A stretch of 64,000 bases of DNA from Oscillospiraceae bacterium (lineage in GTDB: Bacteria > Bacillota > Clostridia > Oscillospirales > Oscillospiraceae), in NCBI GenBank assembly GCA_017550645.1, contig JAFZOI010000017.1:1073-65072 (forward strand), written 5' to 3'. The translations under genes were made by a program, and so were the position numbers. Within the stretch, counting starts at the first letter, position 1, and the number at the start of each line of letters is the position of its first letter. Shown here piece by piece: positions 28,616-37,095 of the stretch. The notes beneath the pieces are model-generated. The model ran no database searches. It was given only the letters and a program-made list of their open reading frames with translations, and had not been told where the DNA came from.

Positions 28616-29551
28616 TCACGCTCTGTTGAATTTCTCCTTGCCCTGCTTGCAGCGCGGGCATTTCCAATCCTCCGGCAGGTCCTCGAACGCGACGCCGTCG
28701 TGCTCGGCGGGATCGTAGACGTACCCGCAGATCGAGCAGACGTACTTGCCGGTGGCCTGCTTGACGGCTATATCGCCCACTGGCTTGCTCTCCGGCGGAG
28801 CGTTCAGGTCCACGACGGCCCTGGCCTCGAGATTTTCATAGCCGAGCGGCGTATGGGTCGAGAGATAGACGGTCGGATGGGAGGCGATGAACTCACGCAC
28901 GGCGTCCAGCGTCTTGCGCGCGGCGGCGATATCTTCGAACACGACGGATATCTTGTTGGCATAAAGCGCCTCGTCCGTGTACGTCACGTCCCCGTGCATC
29001 ATATAATACAGACCGCCGTCCTCGGCAATAACGATGCTGTTGCCGGTCGTATGGCCCTTCGCCTCGATGTAATAAACGCCGTCCGCTATCTTTTGGCTCT
29101 TAGCAAAGTTGGCGTAGGGGCAGTCCGTGAACTCCACGGGGACGACGTTCGCAAACGTCTTCAGCTCGTCGGCCTTCGCCTCCTCCGCGGCGGCGTAGAT
29201 CTTCGCGTTCGGGAAATTGCGTATCTCGCCGGTGTGGTCGGCGTGCTTATGGGTGATCAGTATCTTCGTGACCTGCTCCGGGCGGTAGCCCAGCTCCGCG
29301 AGAGCGTCCACGTAGCTTTTGATCTTTGTGCCCATGTAGATGGGCGTATTCTCGTCCGGCACCTGCTCCGGCGCCTCTGCGGGCATGCCGGTATCGACGA
29401 GGATGACCTCGCTGCCGGTGTCGATGAGGAAGTTCTGCAGGCTGGAGCGATAGCGCACCGCCGGGTCGATCCCGTCCATACCCTCGCCGCCGAAGGCGAG
29501 CGCCTGCGTCATGAACCCGTTTTCATAGAGCTTGACCGCTTTGATCTCCAT
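28616..29551 (-). CDS. MBL-fold metallo-hydrolase fused to C-terminal rubredoxin
   Basis: 311 aa. HxHxDH motif (THKHADHTG), then a rubredoxin tail ([13 protein letters not shown]...[10 protein letters not shown]). Confidence 0.85.
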   Translation of the reverse strand: MEIKAVKLYENGFMTQALAFGGEGMDGIDPAVRYRSSLQNFLIDTGSEVILVDTGMPAEAPEQVPDENTPIYMGTKIKSYVDALAELGYRPEQVTKILITHKHADHTGEIRNFPNAKIYAAAEEAKADELKTFANVVPVEFTDCPYANFAKSQKIADGVYYIEAKGHTTGNSIVIAEDGGLYYMMHGDVTYTDEALYANKISVVFEDIAAARKTLDAVREFIASHPTVYLSTHTPLGYENLEARAVVDLNAPPESKPVGDIAVKQATGKYVCSICGYVYDPAEHDGVAFEDLPEDWKCPRCKQGKEKFNRA

Positions 29552-29595
29552 TGTTCGTTACGTCCTTTCTCGATTTCTTACAGTTATTTGTATAT

Positions 29596-29624
29596 ATGTT
29601 ACCATACGCCGCGCCCCGAGGCAA
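29596..29624 (-). promoter_or_regulatory. promoter TTGCCT-17-TGgTAACAT (shared motif, copy 2)
   Basis: Minus strand: TTGCCT (29624-29619), 17-nt spacer, TAACAT (29601-29596) preceded by TGG. Confidence 0.45.
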
Positions 29625-29650
29625 GCGCAGATGCGCTTCCCGCAATCAAA

Positions 29651-29684
29651 CAAAAAGACGACGTGTTTCAACACGTCGTCTTTT
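29651..29684 (-). terminator. terminator downstream of tRNA-Val
   Basis: 13-bp stem aaagacgacgtgt / acacgtcgtcttt with a 4-nt loop, flanked by A and T runs. Confidence 0.75.
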
Positions 29685-29686
29685 GT

Positions 29687-29764
29687 TGGTGGACACTAAG
29701 GGACTCGAACCCCTGACCTTCCGCACGTCAAGCGGAAGCTCTACCAGCTGAGCTAAGTGTCCGC
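29687..29764 (-). tRNA. tRNA-Val (anticodon GAC), CCA encoded
   Basis: Reverse complement is GCGGACACTTAGCTCAGCTGGTAGAGCTTCCGCTTGACGTGCGGAAGGTCAGGGGTTCGAGTCCCTTAGTGTCCACCA. It folds as a cloverleaf with anticodon loop TTGACGT and T-loop GGTTCGAGTCC. Confidence 0.92.
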
Positions 29765-29811
29765 AGCGTCACGAATTATAGCTCAGATGGCGGAGGTTGT
29801 CAAGCACTTTT

Positions 29812-31638
29812 TCAGTTATTTTGCAATTTGGCGTTGTGGACGGCCTTGGCGCGCTGGGCGTGGTCGAGCACGCGCTTGCGAAGGCGCAGGCTCTTCGGCG
29901 TGACCTCGAGTAGCTCGTCGTCGGCGAGGAACTCGAGGCACTGCTCGAGGCTCATCTGGCGCGGCGGCACGAGGCGCAGGGCCTCGTCGCTGCCGGCGGC
30001 GCGCATGTTCGTAAGCTGCTTGCGGCGGCAGACGTTGACGACGATGTCCTCGTTCTTCGGCGAGACTCCGACGACCATGCCGGCATAGACCTTGACGCCC
30101 GGGGAGATGAACATCGCCCCGCGCTCCTGCGCGTTCCAAATGCCGTAGGCGACGGCCTCGCCCGTCTCGAAGGAGACGAGGGAGCCGGTCAGGCGGCGGC
30201 GCACCTCGCCCTTGAAGGGCTCGTAGCGCTCGAAGACGCTCGCCATGATGCCCTCGCCGCGCGTATCGGTCAGGAATTCGTTCCTGTACCCGAAGAGGCC
30301 GCGCGAGGGGATGAGGAAAATGAGCCTGCTGCGGCTGCCGACGGGCGTGAGCTCGACGAGCTCGCCCTTTCGCGAGCCGAGCTTTTCGATGACGGCGCCG
30401 ACGCAGCTTTCCGGCACGTCCGCCACGAGGCGCTCGACGGGCTCGCACTTTACTCCGTCTATCTCGCGGAAGAGGACGCGCGGGGGCGAGACCTGAAATT
30501 CATACCCCTCGCGGCGCATCGTCTCGATAAGGATGGAAAGGTGCATCTCTCCCCTGCCGGCGACGTTGAAGCTGTCGGTGCTGTCCGTCTCGGAGACGCG
30601 CAGAGACATGTCCTTGAGCGTCTCGCGGAAAAGTCTGTCTCGGATGTTGCGCGAGGTGACGAACTTGCCCTCCGTGCCCGCGAAGGGGCTGTCGTTGACG
30701 GAGAACGTCATCTCGACGGTCGGCGCGGATATCTCGACGAAGGGCAGCGGGTCCGGGAAGCCCGCGGCGCATATCGTGTCGCCTATGGTGACGTCGCCTA
30801 TGCCGGAGAGGGCGACGATGTCGCCGGAGGCGACCTCCGTCTCGGGGACCTTATTGAGGCCCTCGAAGACGTAGAGACTGACGGCGCGCGCCTTCTCGGC
30901 CATTTCGGGCTTGAGGGCGTTTACGACGACGATGTCCTGATTCTGGCGCAGGACGCCGCGCTCGATGCGGCCGATGGCGATGCGGCCGACGTACTCGCTG
31001 TAATCGACGGAGGAGACGAGCATCTGCAGGGGATCCGCGTCGTCGTCGCGCGGGGCGGGGATATAGTCGATTATCGTGTCAAAGAGCGGGCGCAGATCCG
31101 TCCCGACAACCTCGGGAGAGAACGACGCCGTCCCCTGCCGCGCCGAGCAGAAGACCATCGGGGAGTCGAGCTGCTCGTCGGTCGCGTTGAGGTCCATGAG
31201 GAGCTCGAGCACCTCGTCGATGACTTCGTGGATGCGCTTGTCGGGCCTGTCTATCTTATTGACGACGACGATGACCCTGTGCCCGAGCTCGAGCGCCTTG
31301 CCGAGGACGAAGCGCGTCTGCGGCATGGGGCCCTCGGCCGCGTCGACGAGCAGGAGCACGCCGTCGACCATCTTCAGCACGCGCTCGACCTCGCCGCCGA
31401 AATCGGCGTGGCCCGGGGTGTCGACGATGTTTATCTTCGTCCCGTTATAGGTCACGGCGGTGTTCTTCGAGAGGATGGTTATGCCGCGCTCGCGCTCGAG
31501 GTCGCCGGAGTCCATGACGCGCTCTACGACGGTCTGGTTCTCGCGGAAGACGCCGCTCTGGCGGAGCATCTCGTCGACGAGTGTGGTCTTGCCGTGGTCG
31601 ACATGGGCGATTATGGCGATATTGCGGATGTTCTTCAT
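29812..31638 (-). CDS. typA: translational GTPase TypA/BipA
   Basis: Start at [22 protein letters not shown] (ATG 31638). G1-G4 motifs ([17 protein letters not shown]) and a BipA-like C-terminus. The longest ORF reaches 31677. Confidence 0.95.
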   Translation of the reverse strand: MKNIRNIAIIAHVDHGKTTLVDEMLRQSGVFRENQTVVERVMDSGDLERERGITILSKNTAVTYNGTKINIVDTPGHADFGGEVERVLKMVDGVLLLVDAAEGPMPQTRFVLGKALELGHRVIVVVNKIDRPDKRIHEVIDEVLELLMDLNATDEQLDSPMVFCSARQGTASFSPEVVGTDLRPLFDTIIDYIPAPRDDDADPLQMLVSSVDYSEYVGRIAIGRIERGVLRQNQDIVVVNALKPEMAEKARAVSLYVFEGLNKVPETEVASGDIVALSGIGDVTIGDTICAAGFPDPLPFVEISAPTVEMTFSVNDSPFAGTEGKFVTSRNIRDRLFRETLKDMSLRVSETDSTDSFNVAGRGEMHLSILIETMRREGYEFQVSPPRVLFREIDGVKCEPVERLVADVPESCVGAVIEKLGSRKGELVELTPVGSRSRLIFLIPSRGLFGYRNEFLTDTRGEGIMASVFERYEPFKGEVRRRLTGSLVSFETGEAVAYGIWNAQERGAMFISPGVKVYAGMVVGVSPKNEDIVVNVCRRKQLTNMRAAGSDEALRLVPPRQMSLEQCLEFLADDELLEVTPKSLRLRKRVLDHAQRAKAVHNAKLQNN

Positions 31639-31766
31639 AAAAGCATCTCCAAAAGGGCCTTCGGCCCGAAGTCTCAAAACTTAGATATTATAACAGAAAC
31701 GGCTGCAAATAGCAACCGTTTCGTTAAGTCATTTCTGCTTTTGGAGATACGCCGGCAGTCCGCCCG

Positions 31767-32432
31767 TCACGGCTCGGAGTCCGCGGGGGTGAATATGAAG
31801 TCCACGCTGTGATGCGCATATTTTCCTTTGCTGACTTTCATGTGCAGATCAACGGTAATGGTAAAGCCGTTATCCACGTCTTCCTGCTGCACTCTGTACA
31901 TACCTCTCGCCGTCCCGCCATACGCCGTATCGCCGTCGGGTTCCTCATCCGGCTTGGTGTATTTAACATAAAACTCGAAAAGATAGTCCAGCGCGGCGAC
32001 GTAGGTCTCCTCGGGAGGTCTTCTGTTGAGCTTGATGGTTTCGACCCAGCCGTCGCCTATGTCCATGTCGCTCCGGGTCTCCACGCGCATGTCCATCTTT
32101 CGCGCCGTCCCGTCGACCTTTATCTCCTTTGAGGCGGAGACGCCGCTCGCCGCCGTCGCGGTGACGGTCGCTGTGCCGCCGGATATGCCCGTGACGACGC
32201 CCTCGCCGTCCACCTTGAGGACGGATCCGTCGCTCGAGGACCACGCAACGGTCTTGTCCGCGGCGTCGTCGGGCGAAACGTCCGCCGAGAGGGCGACGCT
32301 CTCGCCGAGCACGACGCTCCTTTTCGCGCCGGTTATCCTGACCTTTTTGACCTGCTTCGGGGCGCCGCTCCCGCAGGCCGCGAGCGACAGCGCCACGGCG
32401 AGCGCAAGAAGGATCGCGATCGCTTTTTTCAT
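31767..32432 (-). CDS. lipoprotein with bacterial Ig-like (Big_2) domain
   Basis: 221 aa. Lipobox LSLAACG and a Big_2-like segment (VALSADVSPDDAADKTVAWSSSDGSVLKVDGEGVVTGISGGTATVTA). Confidence 0.7.
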   Translation of the reverse strand: MKKAIAILLALAVALSLAACGSGAPKQVKKVRITGAKRSVVLGESVALSADVSPDDAADKTVAWSSSDGSVLKVDGEGVVTGISGGTATVTATAASGVSASKEIKVDGTARKMDMRVETRSDMDIGDGWVETIKLNRRPPEETYVAALDYLFEFYVKYTKPDEEPDGDTAYGGTARGMYRVQQEDVDNGFTITVDLHMKVSKGKYAHHSVDFIFTPADSEP

Positions 32433-32663
32433 ACTATCACTCCTCTGTCAACATGATACCCCTTTCCGCGTGAAGGTCAACCTCTGGCGCACGAAAACCT
32501 CGTTTTACCCTGCGAAACGTCGTTTTCGGGACACGAAATTACAATGGTGGCAAAAAAAGAAGAACCTGCGCACTTTATTTCCCGGCTGAAATCGTCGCAC
32601 AAAGCGACATTGCCAGGCAATGATCTCGCAGGATCTTCAGGAGAAGAATAATAACATAGGTGA

Positions 32664-32699
32664 GAAAAAAGTCAAGGCCTTCCCCGTTCGGAGAAGGCC
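32664..32699 (-). terminator. rho-independent terminator after DUF1295 gene
   Basis: Stem ggccttc(c/t)cc..gg(a/g)gaaggcc, followed on the minus strand by ttgactttttt. Confidence 0.7.
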
Positions 32700-32705
32700 C
32701 CGGTT

Positions 32706-33557
32706 TTATTTCTTTATCGGGAGGAGGACGCGGGTCTCGCGCTTATACTGCTCGAAGCCGGGCTTTTTCGACTGCTTGCCGTCCGCCATGGGGATGCTCA
32801 CGAAGGTAAACAGCAGCGTATTTGCGAGCGCGCCCGCTATGAGGTACCAGCGCTGCGGCATGGCGCACACGCACGAGAGCGCGACGCCCCACCACATGGA
32901 TATCTCGCCGAGATAGTTCGGATGGCGCGCATTCTGCCAGAGCCCCGTCCGGATGAAGCCGCCGGCGCCGCTCTTGCGGAAGCGGTGCATCTGGAGGTCG
33001 GCCGTCCCCTGCAGTATGACGGCGGCGAAGGAGACGCAGATGAAGACGACGCTCCCGGCAGTTATCGGCGCGGACTCGACTATCGCGAAGACGGCGGGCA
33101 GGATGCAGACCCAGACGACGAGGGTCGGGACGAGGTGGATGCCGACGAAGTTTATTACGGGATAGGCCTTCCCCGTCTGCTCGCGGAGCAGGACGTACCG
33201 CCAGTCCTCGTGCATGAGGCCGTGGAAGGTATAGGCCCAGTTGCCCGTCAGGCGCACGCCCCAGAAGCAGACGGCGACGAGCAGCAGTACGCCGAGCGCG
33301 GTCAGATGCCGCCCCGCGGCGTAGCAAGCGAGGATGAATATGGGCTGGACGCTCCAGTACGGATCGTAGACGGAGGCGTTTTTGAATATGAGGCTGAAGA
33401 TGAAGGTCACGACCGTCGCGCCTATGTCGGCGACGAGCAGCGCGAGCCAGAAAGGCAGGCTGAGCGCCCTGTAAATGGCTACTCCGGCGAGCGCGGCTAT
33501 AACGTATACGATCACGACGGCGACGAAACTGAGCGCGCGGCTTTCTTTAAGTTTCAA
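32706..33557 (-). CDS. DUF1295 family membrane protein (steroid 5-alpha-reductase/ICMT-like superfamily)
   Basis: Multi-TM protein with the C-terminal signature GLWQNARHPNYLGEISMWWG. Proposed TTG start at 33557 (KLKESRAL...) overlaps the upstream stop as TTGA. No in-frame ATG lies near the hydrophobic N-terminus. Confidence 0.75.
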   Translation of the reverse strand: MKLKESRALSFVAVVIVYVIAALAGVAIYRALSLPFWLALLVADIGATVVTFIFSLIFKNASVYDPYWSVQPIFILACYAAGRHLTALGVLLLVAVCFWGVRLTGNWAYTFHGLMHEDWRYVLLREQTGKAYPVINFVGIHLVPTLVVWVCILPAVFAIVESAPITAGSVVFICVSFAAVILQGTADLQMHRFRKSGAGGFIRTGLWQNARHPNYLGEISMWWGVALSCVCAMPQRWYLIAGALANTLLFTFVSIPMADGKQSKKPGFEQYKRETRVLLPIKK

Positions 33558-33865
33558 GCTTCTGTCCCTTCCCCGGCATTTTCTTTTTCCGACTCCTCGG
33601 CCAGCTCGCGGCCGATGCGGCCCATGAACACGTCCCACGGGCCGAGCCGCTTGACAAGATAGGCGTACCCGACGGTGTTGGCGCGGGTCATCTTCTTGCC
33701 GAGAGCGCGCTTTTGCTCCTTGACGTACTCATAGAGCTCCTCGTCGCTCACTTCGGCGAATTTGGCGGCGAACTCGTCCTCGAGTTCCTTTCTGCCGCTC
33801 TCGCGGAGCTTTTTCTTCACGCTTCTGTCCGAAAGCGTCTTCTTCCTCTTGGGATCGACCGGCAC
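33554..33865 (-). CDS. hypothetical small charged protein (103 aa)
   Basis: GTG start preceded by GGGGAGGGGA SD. Lys/Glu-rich with no recognisable domain. First ORF downstream of the cobalamin riboswitch. Confidence 0.55.
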   Translation of the reverse strand: MPVDPKRKKTLSDRSVKKKLRESGRKELEDEFAAKFAEVSDEELYEYVKEQKRALGKKMTRANTVGYAYLVKRLGPWDVFMGRIGRELAEESEKENAGEGTEA

Positions 33866-33889
33866 GGCGTTCCCCTCCCCGTTATATCT

Positions 33890-33953
33890 GAAATTAAGAA
33901 CGGGCGTAATAAGACATACCTCTCAAATACGTCCCATTACGCCCGATATTCGC
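33890..33953 (-). terminator. riboswitch expression-platform hairpin (putative intrinsic terminator)
   Basis: Minus strand: GGGCGTAAT-G-GGACGTA...TATGTCT-T-ATTACGCCC long stem, followed by GTTCTTAATTT. Lies between the aptamer and the SD of the 33865 gene. Confidence 0.45.
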
Positions 33954-33994
33954 GTCGCACTTAAAACATCCCTCCCCTTGCGGGGCCCTTTGTT

Positions 33995-34200
33995 CTCGAT
34001 CACCATAGGTCTTCCGACTACATGCATTATGGGACTTGCGCCCCTGCGCCTGCCTTTCTACCTTCTCACGAGCTTACTCGCAATGGCCGGATCACTCCGC
34101 GAAAGACAACCTCATGCACTCACGGCAACGTGCAATGTTCCAGATTCTCGCTGGATTCCCTCATCCCGACGGCTGCCTCACACAGTCGAAGGGTCATGAT
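33995..34200 (-). promoter_or_regulatory. cobalamin (B12) riboswitch aptamer
   Basis: The minus strand reads GAGGGAATCCAGCGAGAATCTGGAACATTGCACGTTGCCGTGAG, close to the E. coli btuB leader AGGGAAUCCAGUGCGAAUCUGGAGC. It also carries GCCATTG...TGAGAAGGT (GCCACUG...GGGAAGGC element) and a B12 box AGTCGGAAGACC at 34008-34020. Confidence 0.75.
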
Positions 34201-34318
34201 GCAGCATATTCAATTGTCAATTTCAAATATGTTCAGGTACGTATAGATTAGCCTATTTTTTCACCCGTGTCAATAGCTAAAGGGCGACTTTACGCGCAAA
34301 TTTTCGATTTTCTTCCGC

Positions 34319-34693
34319 TCAGGAGAGGTCGTAGCGCTTTCCGGCCTCCGGCGTCCTGTATTCGTGCTTCTCGTAGTAGCCGATGAGCTCGCCGGACGGG
34401 GCGCGCAGGGCGATCATGTAGACGTCCTTATTCTCCTTTTCGTTGCGGAATGTGAAGACTCTGTTGTGCGACTTATCGGCGCGAAACCACGCGAGTACGC
34501 GCTCTATGGCGGCGTTGGACTCTGCGTTGTGGCAGTCGGTGAGCTTTTTCCCGAGCAGGGCCTCCCCGCCCCGTTTTGAGTAGCGCTCCTTCGCCGAGGG
34601 GTTCATATAGACTATCGTGTGATCCGCGGCGCAGACGACTATGGGCGCGGTGTCCTGCTCCAGAATGCTCCTGAAAAGCTCCTCCATATTCAC
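34319..34693 (-). CDS. stand-alone PAS domain protein
   Basis: 124 aa. The APIVVCAADHTIVYMNPSAKERY...GKKLTDCH pattern is typical of PAS folds. Confidence 0.65.
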   Translation of the reverse strand: MNMEELFRSILEQDTAPIVVCAADHTIVYMNPSAKERYSKRGGEALLGKKLTDCHNAESNAAIERVLAWFRADKSHNRVFTFRNEKENKDVYMIALRAPSGELIGYYEKHEYRTPEAGKRYDLS

Positions 34694-34758
34694 GTTCCGG
34701 GCCTCCCTTCGTTTTCCACATTATACCGCATGGACGCGCGCGGCGCAATATTTTCCTC

Positions 34759-34787
34759 TTGACAGACGCGCGCGGCGCGGATATAAT
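34759..34787 (+). promoter_or_regulatory. consensus promoter TTGACA-17-TATAAT
   Basis: TTGACA 34759-34764, 17-nt spacer, TATAAT 34782-34787. A small palindrome GGGAT-TTAT-ATCCC (34800-34813) lies just downstream. Confidence 0.65.
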
Positions 34788-34835
34788 GGGCTTGTATATG
34801 GGATTTATATCCCGTTATGCAAAGGAGGCCTTCCG

Positions 34836-35456
34836 ATGCGCAAAATGGACGCAGAGCGTTTCTCCGCCATAAAAAGCTGCATAGACCGCTCCCTCGAGGA
34901 GACGGGGCGCTCCCCCACGGTCTACGACATAGAGAGGACGACCGGCATCCCGAAGTCGACTGTCGCGCGCTATCTCGCCCGCATGTGCGACAGCGGCGAG
35001 GTCGAGATATCCGGACGCAGGAGCGTGCTGACGAAAAAGGCGCGCGACGCCGCCGGGGCGACGAGGCGCGTCCCGCTCGTGGGCTCGATAGCCTGCGGCC
35101 TGCCGAAGCTCGCGGAGGAGAACGTCGAGGAATACGTCCCGCTCCCCCGCTCGATATTCGGCTCGGGCGAGCTGTATCTCCTGCGCGCGGACGGCGATTC
35201 GATGATAAACGCCGGCATAGCCGACGGCGACCTCGTCGTCATACGCGGGCAGAACCACGCAGAGCCCGGGCAGATCGTCGTCGCCCTCGTCGACGACGAG
35301 GAGGCCACGCTCAAGCGCTACCGCCCCTCCCCCGCCGGGAAGCGCGTCGACCTCGTGGCGGAAAACGACGATTTCCCGACGCAGAGCGTCGATCTGCGCA
35401 GGCACAGTCTCGCCATTCAGGGCGTGGCGGTCAACGTCATAAAGAGTCTGGGGTGA
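34836..35456 (+). CDS. LexA-family (S24) repressor paralog with UmuD-like Cys-Gly cleavage site
   Basis: Start at MRKMDAERF (AAAGGAGG SD). HTH (TVYDIERTTGIPKSTVARYLARM), SIACGLP in place of the LexA AAG site, then GDSM and LKRY catalytic motifs. Confidence 0.85.
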   Translation: MRKMDAERFSAIKSCIDRSLEETGRSPTVYDIERTTGIPKSTVARYLARMCDSGEVEISGRRSVLTKKARDAAGATRRVPLVGSIACGLPKLAEENVEEYVPLPRSIFGSGELYLLRADGDSMINAGIADGDLVVIRGQNHAEPGQIVVALVDDEEATLKRYRPSPAGKRVDLVAENDDFPTQSVDLRRHSLAIQGVAVNVIKSLG

Positions 35457-35462
35457 GGCGGC

Positions 35463-36797
35463 GTGCGGACCTATTTCTGCATAGACATGAAGTCCTTTTA
35501 CGCCTCCGTCGAATGTGCGGACCGCGGGCTCAATCCCTTTGAGACGGGTCTCGTCGTCGCCGACGTCACGCGCGGAAAAAACGCGCTCTGCCTCGCCGTC
35601 AGCCCGAAGCTGAAGGCGCAGGGCGTCCCCGGGCGGTGCCGGCTCTCGGAGATTCCGAAAAACGTCGAATATGAGGCCGTGCCGCCGCGCATGCAGCGCT
35701 ATATAGACTGCGCGGCCGACATCTATTCGATATACCTCGATCATTTCGACCCGCGGGATATCCATGTATACTCCGTCGACGAGTCGTTTATAGACGCGAC
35801 GCAGTACCTCCCCGCCTGCGGCATGACGCCGCGCTCGCTCGCCAAAGCGCTAATAGACGAGATAGCCGAAAAGCTCCGCATCCCCTCCACGGCGGGCATA
35901 GGGACGAATCTATACCTCGCGAAGATCGCGCTGGATATCACGGCGAAGCACTCGAAGGACCACATGGGCTATCTCGACGAGGAGCTCTACCGCGAGACGC
36001 TCTGGGATCACGCGCCGATAACGGATTTCTGGCAGATAGCGGGCGGCACGGCGCGCCGCCTCGCGCGCTACGGAATAACGACGATGCGCGAGATCGCGCA
36101 CGCGGACTCGGAGCTTCTCTACAAGGTCTTCGGCAAGGACGCGGAGCTCCTGATAGACCACGCGTGGGGCCGCGAGAGCTGCCTCATTTCGGACATAAAG
36201 GGCTATAAGGCCAAGACGCATTCAGTCTCGTCCTCGCAGATACTGCCGAGCGACTACGACTTCTCCCGCGCGCGCCTCGTCATGCAGGAGATGCTCCTCA
36301 ACGGCTGCCACGAGCTCATGCGCCGCAAGGTCATCGCGCGCAAGGTCGGCCTCTACATCGGCTATTCGCACGACGCCATCCCCTCCTCGCACGGCAGCGT
36401 CCGCCTCATGAGTGCGACGAACCTCAACTCCCTCGTGAGCGGCCCCGCGCTCGGCCTTTTCGACAGGCTCGCCTCGCGCGAGGTCCCGATAAGGCGTCTC
36501 GGCGTCTCCTTCGCGGACGTGTGCGACGAATGCGGCGAGGGGTACGATCTCTTTACGGATATCGAGGCCGTCGAGCGCGAAAAAGCCCGCGAGCGCGCCG
36601 TTTTGGAGCTCGCGGACAGATACGGGAAGAACGCCGTGCTGCGCGGCATGAACTTTCTCGACGGGGCGACGCAGCGCGAGCGCAACGAGATGATAGGAGG
36701 ACACAGAGCAGGCTATGATGACGAGGCAGGAGCGGGCCAAGCAGTTCATGCCGTTCGACGCGATGAAGGGGCTTCAGGCCGCGCTGCGCGACCGTGA
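35463..36797 (+). CDS. Y-family DNA polymerase (UvrX/YqjW-like)
   Basis: GTG start. MKSFYASVEC, YSVDESFID and the family-typical near-C-terminal RNEMIGGH. The ORF then continues about 28 aa further, into the YolD gene. Confidence 0.88.
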   Translation: MRTYFCIDMKSFYASVECADRGLNPFETGLVVADVTRGKNALCLAVSPKLKAQGVPGRCRLSEIPKNVEYEAVPPRMQRYIDCAADIYSIYLDHFDPRDIHVYSVDESFIDATQYLPACGMTPRSLAKALIDEIAEKLRIPSTAGIGTNLYLAKIALDITAKHSKDHMGYLDEELYRETLWDHAPITDFWQIAGGTARRLARYGITTMREIAHADSELLYKVFGKDAELLIDHAWGRESCLISDIKGYKAKTHSVSSSQILPSDYDFSRARLVMQEMLLNGCHELMRRKVIARKVGLYIGYSHDAIPSSHGSVRLMSATNLNSLVSGPALGLFDRLASREVPIRRLGVSFADVCDECGEGYDLFTDIEAVEREKARERAVLELADRYGKNAVLRGMNFLDGATQRERNEMIGGHRAGYDDEAGAGQAVHAVRRDEGASGRAARP

Positions 36798-37038
36798 GGA
36801 GCATCATTCCCGCGTCGAGAGGCGCGTGCTGTCCGAGGAGACAATAGCGGCAAACTCGGCCGTGCTCGCGCGCATAGACGTCGGCTCGCAGGTGCGGCTC
36901 CGGTATTACGGCAATTTTCACGAGGCCGTGCGGAGCGGCGCGGTCGAGGAGCTCGACACGAGCTTCCGCTTCCTGCGGCTCGGCGAGGAAAAGATATACT
37001 TCGACGACATTTACGAGATAAGCGATATGCCCTTATAA
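36715..37038 (+). CDS. YolD-like family protein
   Basis: 107 aa. QFMPFDAMKGLQAAL...YFDDIYEI is the YolD-like pattern. Positioned directly after the Y-family polymerase, as in B. subtilis yqjW-yqjX and uvrX-yolD. Confidence 0.8.
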   Translation: MMTRQERAKQFMPFDAMKGLQAALRDREEHHSRVERRVLSEETIAANSAVLARIDVGSQVRLRYYGNFHEAVRSGAVEELDTSFRFLRLGEEKIYFDDIYEISDMPL

Positions 37039-37048
37039 TAAGGCAATA

Positions 37049-37082
37049 AAAGAGGACGGATGCGTTTGCATCCGTCCTCTTT
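37049..37082. terminator. bidirectional terminator
   Basis: 15-bp stem aaagaggacggatgc / gcatccgtcctcttt with a 4-nt loop. Confidence 0.8.
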
Positions 37083-37095
37083 GTCATTGAGAGAT

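Noticed and set aside
29687-29764. tRNA-Val as a possible integration site for a genomic island.
   Set aside because: There is no integrase, no direct repeat of the tRNA 3' end and no compositional shift nearby. The flanking genes (typA, MBL-rubredoxin) look native.
33870-34260. Considered RNase P RNA, tmRNA, a T-box or a group II intron fragment for this roughly 400-nt non-coding gap.
   Set aside because: There is no GAGGAAAGTCC (RNase P), no tRNA-like ...TCCACCA 3' end (tmRNA) and no GGGTGGTACCGCG T-box. The cobalamin aptamer motifs fit instead.
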